A stretch of DNA of 64,000 nt, from positions 85,526 through 149,525 of the forward strand of contig JBGTBF010000043.1 of NCBI GenBank assembly GCA_041749515.1, written 5' to 3'. This document shows, piece by piece, positions 47,635-58,091 of the stretch (position 1 is the stretch's first letter; every line of letters starts with the position of its first letter). Below the pieces are notes generated by a model that saw only the letters and a program-made list of their open reading frames with translations, was not told where the DNA came from and made no database searches. A program made the position numbers and the translations under genes. The DNA comes from Planctomycetaceae bacterium. GTDB taxonomy: Bacteria; Planctomycetota; Planctomycetia; Planctomycetales; Planctomycetaceae.

Positions 47635-48651
47635 ATGAGTAAAGCGAAACTGGAATACATCTGGCTGGACGGTTACCATCCTACCCAAAGCTTGCGTGCC
47701 AAAACCAAAATTATCAACAACTTCAGCGGTAAACTGGAAGACTGCCCTGTGTGGTGTTTTGACGGTTCTTCCACCAAACAAGCCTCTGGCGGTTCATCCG
47801 ACCTGCTTCTGAAACCCGTTGCCATTTACCCAGACCCAGCTCGCAAAGACGCTTGGCTGGTAATGTCGGAAGTTTTGAATCCAGACAGCACACCGCACTC
47901 CTCAAACGGTCGTGCAACCATTACCGATAACGATGACGATTTCTGGTTCGGCTTCGAGCAGGAATACACCATCTGGGACGTTAGTATCAACCGCCCGATC
48001 GGATTCCCCGCTGACGGATACCCAGCTCCACAAGGACAGTATTACTGTTCTGTTGGTGCAGGCAACGCGATTGGTCGTGACCTGGTCGAAGAACACCTCG
48101 ACGAATGTATCGAAGCTGGCCTGAACATCGAAGGTATTAACGCCGAAGTGATGATGGGACAGTGGGAATTCCAAATCTTCGCCAAAGGGGCAGCAGATGC
48201 AGGCGATCAAATCTGGATCGCCCGTTACCTCCTCGAACGCTGCGGCGAACGATATGGTTACAAAATCAACTGGCACTGTAAGCCAATGAAAGGTGACTGG
48301 AACGGTTCCGGAATGCACGCCAACTTCTCAAACACTGTGCTGAGAACAGCTGGAAGCAAAGAAGTCTACGACAAAATTTGCCAGGCCTTCGCGCCAGTGG
48401 TTGACGAACACATTGCGGTCTATGGTGCAGACAACGATCAGCGTCTGACCGGCCTGCACGAAACCCAACGCATTGACCAGTTTAGCTATGGTGTCTCAGA
48501 CCGTGGTGCATCAATTCGCATCCCAGTGGGAACCGTAGAATCTGGCTGGAAAGGCTGGTTGGAAGACCGTCGCCCCGCTTCAAACGCTGACCCATACAAA
48601 GTGGCAGCCGTCATTATCAAAACCGTCAAAGCTGCTTGTGCGAAACTGTAA
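47635..48651 (+). CDS. glnII: Glutamine synthetase type II (eukaryote-like GSII)
   Basis: About 338 aa. MSKAKLEYIWLDG..., WFGFEQEYT, an ATP-binding segment and the catalytic region. RBS aagga 9 nt upstream of the ATG at 47635. The GTG at 47605 is a less likely start. Confidence 0.85.
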   Translation: MSKAKLEYIWLDGYHPTQSLRAKTKIINNFSGKLEDCPVWCFDGSSTKQASGGSSDLLLKPVAIYPDPARKDAWLVMSEVLNPDSTPHSSNGRATITDNDDDFWFGFEQEYTIWDVSINRPIGFPADGYPAPQGQYYCSVGAGNAIGRDLVEEHLDECIEAGLNIEGINAEVMMGQWEFQIFAKGAADAGDQIWIARYLLERCGERYGYKINWHCKPMKGDWNGSGMHANFSNTVLRTAGSKEVYDKICQAFAPVVDEHIAVYGADNDQRLTGLHETQRIDQFSYGVSDRGASIRIPVGTVESGWKGWLEDRRPASNADPYKVAAVIIKTVKAACAKL

Positions 48652-48696
48652 TCAGCCCGCACGATAATCAACTCTTACTTTGACACCAAAAACAAA

Positions 48697-48726
48697 AACG
48701 CCTGGTCCTGCACCGGGCGTTTTTTG
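48697..48726 (+). terminator. Rho-independent terminator after glnII
   Basis: Stem cgcctggt/accgggcg followed by ttttttg. Confidence 0.6.
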
Positions 48727-48762
48727 TACCATACTTAGATTGGGATTTTTGGACAACAAAGC

Positions 48763-49944
48763 TCACATGCATCCGCTAAATACTCGCAGTGACGAGAAAG
48801 CCTTCACGAGTGAATTAACTCCACTCCCCTGATGTGCATAACTGAGTGAAATCCGCAACCGTGATGTTCCGTTCGGCACGGTTGGGGGGCGAATGGCTGC
48901 GACCAGAACACCATGAGCCTGGAGTTCTCTGGCAAGTTGCATCGTCTTTGTGGTGTCGCGTGTGATGACTGGAATGATGGGACCGGATACGTTCTCGGGG
49001 ACAGGCCAACCCTGAGCTCTCAATTCATTTTGCACATGCTGCGATTGTTCGCTTAACCACTCTCGGCGTTCGGGCTCTTGTTGGATGATTTCTAACGCGG
49101 AGATCACAGCCGCGCAGAGCGGGGGAGCGAGAGCTGTCGAGAACATTTGGGTGCGGGCGGTGTTCCAAATCCATTCGATCAGTTCATTAGAACCAGTCAC
49201 AAATCCGCCCTGTGCTCCGAGGGCTTTACTAAAAGTTCCAATGCTGACGAGGTTGACAGAGGTCACTCCCGCCTCTTCTACGAGACCAGCTCCGGTCGGT
49301 CCGAAGACGCCGGTGGCATGCGCTTCATCAACAAGCAGCATTGCGTTGTAACGTTCAGCGAGTTGCGTAAGCTCGACGACCGGAGCGACGTCGCCGTCCA
49401 TGCTGAACAGGGAATCGGTGACGATCAGTTTTCGGCGAAACACTGAAGCTTTCTTTAACTCGGCTTCGAGTACGTTCATATCGCAGTGTGGGTAGACGCG
49501 AAACTTCGCCTTCGACAAGCGACTGCCATCCACAAGACTGGCATGATTGAGCCGATCACAAAACACCACATCACCAGCCCCCACCAGCGCGCAGATCGTG
49601 CCAACATTTGCAGCGTATCCAGTTGGAAACAACAGCGCTGCTTCTGATTTTTTTAATTCGCAAAGTTTCTGTTCGAGTTCAACATGGATCGGCATTCGAC
49701 CACTCACCAACGCACTCGCCCGTGCTCCAATGCCATATTCTTCTGCCGCTTGAATGGCTGCTGAAACAAGACGCTGGTCACTCGCAAGTCCGAGGTAATC
49801 ATTGCCGGCAAAGTTCCACAGCTCTTTGCCATCTCGTTGGATTTTGCCCTGTGGCAACGGTTGTGATGAAACGCGATACCGGAGGAGCGATTCATCACTC
49901 AGCTTGCGAAGTTCAGGGTTGAGCCAGTCGAATGGAGTGGGCAT
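48763..49944 (-). CDS. Alpha-oxoamine synthase family PLP enzyme (8-amino-7-oxononanoate synthase BioF-like / Kbl-like)
   Basis: PLP-lysine motif TFSKALGAQGGFV, LLVDEAHATG, and the GNDYLGL N-terminal motif. 393 aa. Confidence 0.8.
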   Translation of the reverse strand: MPTPFDWLNPELRKLSDESLLRYRVSSQPLPQGKIQRDGKELWNFAGNDYLGLASDQRLVSAAIQAAEEYGIGARASALVSGRMPIHVELEQKLCELKKSEAALLFPTGYAANVGTICALVGAGDVVFCDRLNHASLVDGSRLSKAKFRVYPHCDMNVLEAELKKASVFRRKLIVTDSLFSMDGDVAPVVELTQLAERYNAMLLVDEAHATGVFGPTGAGLVEEAGVTSVNLVSIGTFSKALGAQGGFVTGSNELIEWIWNTARTQMFSTALAPPLCAAVISALEIIQQEPERREWLSEQSQHVQNELRAQGWPVPENVSGPIIPVITRDTTKTMQLARELQAHGVLVAAIRPPTVPNGTSRLRISLSYAHQGSGVNSLVKAFSSLRVFSGCM

Positions 49945-49954
49945 GTCGAAGATG

Positions 49955-52645
49955 CTACCGCAATGAGCCTTTCATGCGTTGCAACTCTTGCAACGCAGCC
50001 ATCGGCGTCATTTCGTCGAGGTTGAGACCTTTGATTTCATCGAGTAATGGATGCGGATCAACATCGAACAGCGTGAGTTGTTTACGCCCCACGGTCTTGC
50101 GTTTAGGGATGTCGAATGTGCCCCGGTCGTCATGATGATTGGCTTCGAGTTTATCGAGAATAGTGCCAGCCCGCGTGATCACTTCGCGGGGGACTCCTGC
50201 CAGACGTGCAACATGAATTCCATAGCTTTTGTCCGCTGCTCCGGGAACAATCTTGTGCAGAAAAATCACTTCACCGTTGTTTTCGTGAACCGCCACATTC
50301 CAGTTGCAAACCTGTTTGAGGGTTGTTGGCAATTCGGTCAGTTCGTGGTAGTGTGTGGCAAACAGGGTGCGGCAGTGAATGTGATCGTGGAGGAATTCGG
50401 TGATCGCCCAGGCCAACGAAATGCCATCATAGGTACTTGTCCCGCGCCCAATTTCGTCGAGAATGACAAGACTTTTACTGGTCGCGGTGTTGAGGATGCG
50501 GGCGGTCTCGGTCATCTCGACCATGAACGTTGACTGGCCTTTGCCAAGCTCGTCGCTCGCACCGACTCGGGCAAAGATGCGATCTGCGATTCCGATCGTG
50601 GCACTCTCCGCAGGAATGAACGAACCCATCTGAGCCATCAGCGTTAACAGAGCTGCCTGTCGAATATAGGTACTTTTACCCGCCATATTTGGACCGGTGA
50701 TCAGTGCGATATTCGGCGGTTTCTGATCCTCGAAAGCGTTGTCCGAGTCCACCGCAACACCCAGTCTGATATCGTTGGGAACGAACTCACCGCTGGGTTG
50801 AATCTTATCAAGAACGGGATGCCGACCGTTGCGGATGTTAATCTCCGAGGTATCAACAACGATGGGGCGAACATACCGCTGATTAACAGCAACGCTGGCG
50901 AGGTTGGTCAGCACATCGATCTTGGCGAGGACCTCGGCGGTTCCCAATAGCCGCGTCACTTGTCCCGCCACAAGCTGGCGAAGTTCCGAAAACAACTCAG
51001 ATTCAAGGGCTTTCGATCTGTCTTCCGCACGCAGGACTTTCTCTTCGTACTCTTTGAGCTGCGGCGTGATGAAGCGTTCCTGGTTTTTGAGCGTCTGTTT
51101 GCGAATGTAGTCGTCGGGAACTTTGTTGCGATTTGCGGCGGTCACTTCGAGGTAATAGCCGAATACTTTATTAAAGCCAACTTTCATCGTACTGATGCCG
51201 GTCCGCTCGATTTCCTCTGCCTGATACTTGGCGATCCACTGCTTGCCCCCTTTAGCAAGGTCGCGCAGTTCGTCGAGTTGTTCGTTAAAACCGGTTCGGA
51301 TCATCCCGCCGTCGGTGGTGAGGATCGGCAACTCATCTGCCAACGTTGTTTCCAGGCGTGCGCGAACCTCTGCACACAGGTCGAGTTGCACCTCGAGCGT
51401 CTTCAGTAAATCGGACGACCGCCCCGCGAGTTGGGCTTTCAGCTTGGGGAGTAGAGAGAGTGTTTTAGCGAGCGAACCGAGATCGCGCGGTGATGCGCGT
51501 AGTGTTGCGACTCGCCCCGCAAGTCGTTGCAGATCGTAGGCTTCTTGCAATTGTTCACGCAGATCGCGACAGAGTTTCGTCTCTTTAAAAAACTCTTCGA
51601 CCGCATCCAGACGCCGCGAGATTGCCACGGGATCGGTCAGCGGATTCGAGAGCCAGTCCAGCAACATGCGGGCTCCCATCGGAGTTGCAGTTTCATCGAG
51701 AATGCTGATCAAACTCCCTTCGCGTTTGCCTTCCCGCTGCGTGCGGTTGAGTTCCAGACTTCGCCGTGTTGTTTCATCGATCAGCAGATTGGTGCCGCGC
51801 CGGTATGGTTCCAACTTGGCAATGTGCCCCAGCGACGACTTTTGCGTCTCCTGCACATAGTCCAGCAACGCCCCGGCAGCGGTGATGCCCGCCGAGTCTT
51901 CATCTCCAAGGTCAAAGCCTTCAAGCGTTTTCGTTTTGAAATGATTCAACAACGTCTCGCGACACGGGTTAGCGGCGAAGGCCCAGGGTGGTCGCTGGGT
52001 GACAGCCACTCCCTGCATACTCATCACATGTTGAAACACGGGATGCTCCTTGGCCGACTCAGCGATCAAACACTCGGCTGGATGCACACGGGCCAGTTCA
52101 TCCACAAAAGCAGCCCGGGAATACTCCAAGCTTCCCGAACCATCTTCGCTGCTGGATTCGATCTCCATGCACTGAAACAAACCGGTCGAGAGTTCCAGCC
52201 AGGCCAGTCCGACGCGATCTTTGAATGGACAGACCGCTGCCAGAAAATTGCTTTCTTTAGGGTCGAGAAGCGCATCGTCGGTAAGAGTTCCAGGGGTGAT
52301 AATTCTCGTAATTTCGCGACGGACCAAACCTTTTGCAGTTTTCGGATCTTCGACCTGATCGCAAATGGAGGCTTTGTACCCCGCCGCGATCAGCTTGTGC
52401 AGATAGCCTTCCAATGAGTGATATGGGAAACCGGCCATCGGTACCGGATTGGTGGAAGCTTTGTCGCGGCTGGTCAGGGTAAGTCCGAGAACCTTAGCTG
52501 CGATTTCGGCATCTTCATGAAAGAGTTCGTAGAAGTCGCCCATTCGAAAGAGGAGAATTGTCCCGGGAGTTTCCGCTTTGACTTCCAGATACCGTTGCAT
52601 CATCGGAGTGAGCGGCTTCTCACCAGATTTGTTAAGCTTCGCCAT
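49955..52645 (-). CDS. mutS: DNA mismatch repair protein MutS
   Basis: Mismatch-binding N-terminus (…[11 protein letters not shown]…), Walker [10 protein letters not shown], and C-terminal HTH/dimerisation. 896 aa. Confidence 0.9.
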   Translation of the reverse strand: MAKLNKSGEKPLTPMMQRYLEVKAETPGTILLFRMGDFYELFHEDAEIAAKVLGLTLTSRDKASTNPVPMAGFPYHSLEGYLHKLIAAGYKASICDQVEDPKTAKGLVRREITRIITPGTLTDDALLDPKESNFLAAVCPFKDRVGLAWLELSTGLFQCMEIESSSEDGSGSLEYSRAAFVDELARVHPAECLIAESAKEHPVFQHVMSMQGVAVTQRPPWAFAANPCRETLLNHFKTKTLEGFDLGDEDSAGITAAGALLDYVQETQKSSLGHIAKLEPYRRGTNLLIDETTRRSLELNRTQREGKREGSLISILDETATPMGARMLLDWLSNPLTDPVAISRRLDAVEEFFKETKLCRDLREQLQEAYDLQRLAGRVATLRASPRDLGSLAKTLSLLPKLKAQLAGRSSDLLKTLEVQLDLCAEVRARLETTLADELPILTTDGGMIRTGFNEQLDELRDLAKGGKQWIAKYQAEEIERTGISTMKVGFNKVFGYYLEVTAANRNKVPDDYIRKQTLKNQERFITPQLKEYEEKVLRAEDRSKALESELFSELRQLVAGQVTRLLGTAEVLAKIDVLTNLASVAVNQRYVRPIVVDTSEINIRNGRHPVLDKIQPSGEFVPNDIRLGVAVDSDNAFEDQKPPNIALITGPNMAGKSTYIRQAALLTLMAQMGSFIPAESATIGIADRIFARVGASDELGKGQSTFMVEMTETARILNTATSKSLVILDEIGRGTSTYDGISLAWAITEFLHDHIHCRTLFATHYHELTELPTTLKQVCNWNVAVHENNGEVIFLHKIVPGAADKSYGIHVARLAGVPREVITRAGTILDKLEANHHDDRGTFDIPKRKTVGRKQLTLFDVDPHPLLDEIKGLNLDEMTPMAALQELQRMKGSLR

Positions 52646-52798
52646 TCGAAATTGGACTTACATGGTAAGGTCCGGGAAAAGGACCGCGTTGTGATGAATT
52701 GGTTTTAAAGAATGAAATGAGGAAAGTATCGGCATACCTTAAATGAGCCATACTTGTTCTGCATTCTAGTTAAAACAACGCATCCGAGAAATGCACCA

Positions 52799-52985
52799 GG
52801 GTGCATTCCGCACTTTGTATGTCTCACACTTGAAATCGCAGGCAAGTTTTGAAGTAACGCATTTCCACGAGCCCGCAGCGTCAGCAAGGGATGGAATATG
52901 GCTTTACTGCGTGGTGATTACTGCGAACAACATACTTCGTACTTCGTAAATTCCCCTTGCTGACGCTACGGGCTCGTGAAAGATG
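52799..52985. repeat. About 185-bp hairpin-forming repeat element, copy 2, in the mutS / DUF1559 intergenic region
   Basis: Aligns with 44330..44500 and has the same internal 24-bp inverted repeat (cgagcccgcagcgtcagcaaggga / ccccttgctgacgctacgggctcg). Confidence 0.7.
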
Positions 52986-53467
52986 TGAGCATTCGTTGAA
53001 AATGACACACTTGAAGTTTGCGTCTGATCCCTCGAACTAAATGTGATCATTTCTGATACATGCTTGTGAATGTGATGCATTTTGAAACGGGGTTTGTATT
53101 AGGCCATTAAATATATGTCACTCGATTCAGCGAGAATAATTTCATCGTGATCACATTTTTTAGAAAAGCACCCACTTGCAAGCGTAGCTGTTTTTTTGAC
53201 TGTACTAGCCTGCTCATCCGGTTTCAGGAGTTTCCTAAGGAAATAGACTCTTGTGGAATACAAATATTTTAACAATATATCAGTGGACGTTGTTCCCGAA
53301 GTTGTATAGAGTAAAATTTGATACGATATTTATAGGAACTTCATCATGTATGCTCGAATTATTCCTACTTCGGTACAATATTTGATAATCTTTTCTTTTC
53401 GTATCATAGAACGACTCTGCTGTTATGAGAATTTGTTACATATTTTAGCCCCTTTTTGGAGACTCAC

Positions 53468-54535
53468 ATGAAGCGAACTTTACGTAAAGGTTTTACTCTG
53501 ATTGAATTGCTGGTGGTGATTGCTATTATCGCAATTTTGATCGCATTGCTGTTGCCAGCTGTGCAACAGGCACGTGAAGCGGCCCGCCGTACACAGTGCA
53601 AAAACAATTTTAAGCAATTGGGCTTGGCTTTGCACAACTACCACGATGTGTTTGGACGTTTTGTCTACCGTAAAGGTGGATCTGACGGAAACGCAGCAAC
53701 GCCACGCGGCAATAGCAATCGCCTGTCTGGTTTCATGGCTTTAATGCCATACATCGACCAGGCTCCCCTTTTCAACAAAGTGGCTGCTGGTGGTGGAACA
53801 GGCGCTAAGCCTCCCGGTGGACCAGAAGGTTGGGCTGGCTGGGCTGAATGGGATGTTACAATTCCAGCGGTTGCTTGCCCGTCTGACGGTTTGAATGGAG
53901 ATCAACGTAGATCAACAAGCTACCTGTTCAATATGGGTGATTCAGCTATTAACGTTCGGGACGATCGCAACACGCGCGGTATGTTTGCCTACCAGCGTTG
54001 CGTTAAAATGCGTGACGTAACTGATGGAACGAGTAACACGATTGCAATGAGCGAAGGTGTACAAAGTACCGATTTCGCCCCAGTGACGACGACTGCTGGC
54101 AGCCATCAGTACATTAACACAATTGCTATGGGAGTTGATCCCCGAACAAATCCAGGTGCTTGCCTGGCTCTGAAGAGTGGATCATACTGGGTGACTGGTA
54201 CTTCCGTTAAAGGACGTCGTGGTCGTGCGATGTGGGATGGTCAAGCAGAACGGACCGGCTTTAGCACAATTTTGCCACCTAACAGTCCATCATGTGCAGA
54301 AGGCGCAAACACGAATGCAGACTCAGTACACGTTGCTTTGGCACCTTCCAGCATGCATGTCGGCGGTGTTCAGGTGCTGATGACCGATGGAGCTGTTCGC
54401 TTTATCAGTGAAAACATCGACACTGGCAACCTCGCTGCTGCAAATCCAGCTCAGAACTCCAACGGCGCTAGCCCATACGGAGTTTGGGGATCCCTTGGAA
54501 CTAAAGGTGGAGGCGAAGTTATCGGCGAATTCTAA
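53468..54535 (+). CDS. DUF1559 protein with prepilin-type N-terminal cleavage/methylation domain (Planctomycetes H-X9-DG family)
   Basis: [60 protein letters not shown] is the family's near-invariant N-terminus. RBS ggag. The TTG at 53456 listed in the track is unlikely. Confidence 0.85.
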   Translation: MKRTLRKGFTLIELLVVIAIIAILIALLLPAVQQAREAARRTQCKNNFKQLGLALHNYHDVFGRFVYRKGGSDGNAATPRGNSNRLSGFMALMPYIDQAPLFNKVAAGGGTGAKPPGGPEGWAGWAEWDVTIPAVACPSDGLNGDQRRSTSYLFNMGDSAINVRDDRNTRGMFAYQRCVKMRDVTDGTSNTIAMSEGVQSTDFAPVTTTAGSHQYINTIAMGVDPRTNPGACLALKSGSYWVTGTSVKGRRGRAMWDGQAERTGFSTILPPNSPSCAEGANTNADSVHVALAPSSMHVGGVQVLMTDGAVRFISENIDTGNLAAANPAQNSNGASPYGVWGSLGTKGGGEVIGEF

Positions 54536-54676
54536 ACCAGAACTTGCCTGAGACTACCTCAAACGAATTCGAACCCCAGGCAGACGTTATGCTTGGGGTT
54601 CTTTTTTGTTAAGCTGAACTTGCACACCAATTCAGAATCTATTCAAACACCTTCATCGACAACTTAGAGAGCTGAC

Positions 54677-55141
54677 ATGTTGAAACTAAACGGATTACTC
54701 ATTTGCTTGATTGCAACAATCGGAATTTCAGGTTGCGGAGGAGGACCAGCCGATCCTGACCGACCGGATTTGACAAAAGTCACCGGCACAGTGTCTTATA
54801 AATCGGCTCCTGTAGAGGGGGCAACCGTCGCATATGCCAACGAAACTATTGGTGGAAAACCGGCCTTTGGAATCACTGATGTCAATGGAAAGTTCTCTCT
54901 AACGACTTTTGAAGATGCGGATGGTGCGATTCCGGGGCCTTACAAAGTCACTATCACCAAAATGGAAAAGGTAATCTCAAAAGCCCTTCCAACCGATGAT
55001 CCCAAGTACGATCCCAACTACGTTGATCCTCCAGCGAAAAGCCTCTTGCCGGATAAGTATGCTCAGGTCAGCACCTCTGGACTGTCAGCGACAGTTGGTC
55101 AAGAACCGATGACCGATGTAAAATTCGATCTGGTTGATTAG
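54677..55141 (+). CDS. Small lipoprotein, carboxypeptidase-regulatory-like/transthyretin-like fold, common partner of DUF1559 genes
   Basis: Lipobox ISGCGG. 154 aa. Motif TGTVSYKSAPVEGATV...ITDVNGKFSL. Confidence 0.7.
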   Translation: MLKLNGLLICLIATIGISGCGGGPADPDRPDLTKVTGTVSYKSAPVEGATVAYANETIGGKPAFGITDVNGKFSLTTFEDADGAIPGPYKVTITKMEKVISKALPTDDPKYDPNYVDPPAKSLLPDKYAQVSTSGLSATVGQEPMTDVKFDLVD

Positions 55142-55173
55142 TCAGACTTTGATACTCCACTACAAACAAAAAT

Positions 55174-55204
55174 GCCAACAGCATCGCGCTGTTGGCTTTT
55201 TTTA
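55174..55204 (+). terminator. Rho-independent terminator after the DUF1559-lipoprotein pair
   Basis: Stem gccaacagc/gctgttggc with a 5-nt loop, followed by a run of 8-9 T. Confidence 0.6.
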
Positions 55205-55237
55205 TGACTGCGTCCAGTCGCATTCTTGGTGTGAGAT

Positions 55238-55474
55238 CTACCGACCGATCTCGCTGAGAGGGCTTCCGTTTCCACCGGTTTGAGCGTATGAATTCGATTG
55301 ACCGATGTGACGGATTGCAGTCCCAACATCTTTGAGTTCGCCGTTCACATTATTGCTCACTTCTGAAAGTCCGGCGGTCATACCCATGACTCCGATAGAA
55401 CTGACCAGAACCAGTTCGCTTGAAACAATGAAGCCAGCTTGGTCAGTGAGCAATGATTGGAAAAGATGGAACAT
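55238..55474 (-). CDS. Putative Flp/Fap-family type IVb pilin (78 aa)
   Basis: RBS gaggag 7 nt before the ATG (complement of 55472-55474). N-terminus MFHLFQSLLTDQAGFIVSSELVLVSSIGVMGMTAG resembles the Flp motif (…DExGAT.IEYGLI…). The upstream part of the track ORF is not conserved-looking. Confidence 0.5.
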   Translation of the reverse strand: MFHLFQSLLTDQAGFIVSSELVLVSSIGVMGMTAGLSEVSNNVNGELKDVGTAIRHIGQSNSYAQTGGNGSPLSEIGR

Positions 55475-55709
55475 GAATGTCTCCTCAAGTTGTCGGTCTA
55501 TGTATGTATGGCAATGAACAATAAATGGAGCCGTGTGTGCCAGCTTCCGACAAGAGAACTCTCGGTGCTTGTCGCGTTGTGTTGGTCGTGGCTCAATCGA
55601 ACAGTAGGTCACAAAGTGCGGGCTGTCGGAGAAATGCGAAGCGCACGGCATTTTCTGGTTGATACGTTCGTACGGCGAGCGATCATGCGGATCGCAGCGA
55701 TCATTGCGG

Positions 55710-57818
55710 TTATTGAGGCTCTAAAATGATGCTTTTTCGCTTCAAAACGATAAAGTACCCTTGTGTCAAATCGGGGAGTAGTTCCCATTCATCCGAAGAT
55801 TCACGCAGCTCGCGCACTTCAGATGGTGCATGAATCTCGCTGTAGGGATGTCGAGTGTCGATCACTATGTACTGCGTATCGTCGGGGACCTTGGGCAAAT
55901 AGTCCGACACCTTCCGCAGGTAATTGCTGTAATCATAAGAGCGTTCGTGATGCGTGAAACGTGGATGAACATAGTCTGTCGAAGCGACTCGGGCTGAGAG
56001 GGGGATCAACGATTCAATCTTCGCAAACTGCTTGGCACGTTCATCGGGTATGTACCGGGCTTTCCAAAACGCGGCTCGACCAGAATCCCAGAATCGAATG
56101 CTCAGTGGCCCAAAGCTGAAGATAATGCAACTTGCAAATGCACAGCACAAGACCCAGGTTGCTTGTCGCTGCGAGTATGACGCGGCCTTGAGTTTCTGGC
56201 TTTCACTTGCCGGCGTTGCGACGGAAGGCAATTGCAAACATGTACACATCGCCCACATGACAATTGGGACCAGTGGAGCATGGAAGTGATGGACCGGACC
56301 GGGCGTTTGCTGGGCGAGTTCGTTCAAACACAACAACAGAAACAGCGGAGCACCCACCAGTAATTGACTCCAGGCTCGAAAGGGAAACCCCACGGGCACA
56401 AGCAACTGTAAGAACAAGACGAAGCTGCCAGCGGTGATGAATTGCGACAACAGCGTTCCCGGTTTGGTCAGCATGTTGACGACAATTTCGGTAGGAGTTT
56501 CCCCAAATTCGCTGAAATAGCGGGCATAGTGAACGGTCTCTCCGCTACGGAACCATGGAATCGCGTACTTCACAACGAACAACAAATACGCGGTCGCCAA
56601 AAGGCAAAGACAGGCCCCCACCAGAATGGTGACTCTCTTGGAAGCTGACGTACTTTCGGACTTCATCGCATCACTTTGCTTCTCAAAATATGTGGTGAGC
56701 ACCAACCACAATCCCAGCGGGGCCAGCACAATCGCAAAGTCTTCTTTGCAAGCGAGCGCCAACACGCTGAACAACGACATCAGTCCCCACCGAATCCGCT
56801 CCAGCGCATCGATCGCCCACAACAGCAGCGGAACACCAAAGGCGATCGGGCGAAATGTTTTGAGATCGATCGAGATATCGAGATAGTGGATGGGGAAGTA
56901 CAACAAATACGCGAGTGCGACGATCGCGGCTGCACGAGGATTTTGCGAATGTCGTTTTGCAATTACATACACCGGGATCGCGCCGCTCGCAAGTGCGAGA
57001 CTTTCACAAAGTTCCAGCAACAAATGCGACGGCCAAAATACATACAGGGGGGTCAACAAAACATGGATGACCTGAATATGCTCACCCAGAAATAACCCTT
57101 GATCGAGGTAACTGCGAAAACCTTTTCCATGCAAGAGATTCCACAAATGTTCTTCGTACATAGAAGAATCTCCGTGCGGCAATCGCAGGCTGAACCACAA
57201 GCCCCAGTTCAAGGCAGTAAAGATAATTGTGTAAAGGACGACACTCGCGCCGACAATTCGCCATGCGGTACTATTCTGAATCGTCGTTTCATTCCGGATC
57301 CACATTCGCCACAACCACGCTGCCAGTGCAAGCACCACACTGATATCGAGCGTCAGAATCAACAGTGTCGTTAACCATGGTAAGCCAAACAACAAGGCCA
57401 CGATCCACAACACAACCCATGTGATGACTGGTGAAATACAAACCGTTGTGATCATCACTGATTGCAGAAAACGCTCGAAGTACGAAGCCGGTTGATGGAG
57501 ATGAATTCGGAAAGCCATCAGCAGATTGAGCACCAGGCAGATCACCCCCGCCAGTATCCCTACTCCGAATAACGACGCAGTGACACCAACACCATTAGGA
57601 ACAGGCTGAACTTCTCCGCCAAGCAATTCAACCAGTTGCAGCCACCATTCGTGACTCAAAAAGGTCTGTGACAGTACCACTTCCTCGATAACAAACAGCA
57701 ACCACAAACAGAGACTTATGAACTGCCCCATCGCGCAGCCCAACACAACTGCCGGGGAGACAGACGAGTCATCAGGAATTGTATTTCGGGGTGGCACGGG
57801 TGAAAAAGTCTCTCTCAT
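55710..57818 (-). CDS. Large polytopic membrane protein, DUF2079-like / GT-C-fold-like, 702 aa
   Basis: At least 14 predicted TM helices plus a C-terminal about 130-aa soluble domain (…YIVIDTRHPYSEIHAP…GYFIVLKRK). The family assignment is from memory and not verified. Confidence 0.5.
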   Translation of the reverse strand: MRETFSPVPPRNTIPDDSSVSPAVVLGCAMGQFISLCLWLLFVIEEVVLSQTFLSHEWWLQLVELLGGEVQPVPNGVGVTASLFGVGILAGVICLVLNLLMAFRIHLHQPASYFERFLQSVMITTVCISPVITWVVLWIVALLFGLPWLTTLLILTLDISVVLALAAWLWRMWIRNETTIQNSTAWRIVGASVVLYTIIFTALNWGLWFSLRLPHGDSSMYEEHLWNLLHGKGFRSYLDQGLFLGEHIQVIHVLLTPLYVFWPSHLLLELCESLALASGAIPVYVIAKRHSQNPRAAAIVALAYLLYFPIHYLDISIDLKTFRPIAFGVPLLLWAIDALERIRWGLMSLFSVLALACKEDFAIVLAPLGLWLVLTTYFEKQSDAMKSESTSASKRVTILVGACLCLLATAYLLFVVKYAIPWFRSGETVHYARYFSEFGETPTEIVVNMLTKPGTLLSQFITAGSFVLFLQLLVPVGFPFRAWSQLLVGAPLFLLLCLNELAQQTPGPVHHFHAPLVPIVMWAMCTCLQLPSVATPASESQKLKAASYSQRQATWVLCCAFASCIIFSFGPLSIRFWDSGRAAFWKARYIPDERAKQFAKIESLIPLSARVASTDYVHPRFTHHERSYDYSNYLRKVSDYLPKVPDDTQYIVIDTRHPYSEIHAPSEVRELRESSDEWELLPDLTQGYFIVLKRKSIILEPQ

Positions 57819-58091
57819 TAAGAATTAAATTCGTGTCAACAAGCATCACTTGGTCAATCTCGGTCATTTCGCTTTAATTCATAATGCCGACCACTCGCGA
57901 TACAAGTGCTTTGTGTCTCGTGCAATCAACCGAAGGGATCACTGCGACTAATGTAAGTCTTGTCTTATTGTTGCGAGTTTTTGCCTCGGGAGCCAGCAGG
58001 AATATGAATTCCGGAATAGTCACTTTGCCTTGGGATGGCAGACCGATAAGATGTAACAGCGTATGATGTATCGCCTCGCCAACTTCCCGCC

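Noticed and set aside
51527-52417. 296-aa plus-strand ORF
   Set aside because: Antisense to mutS. A shadow ORF.
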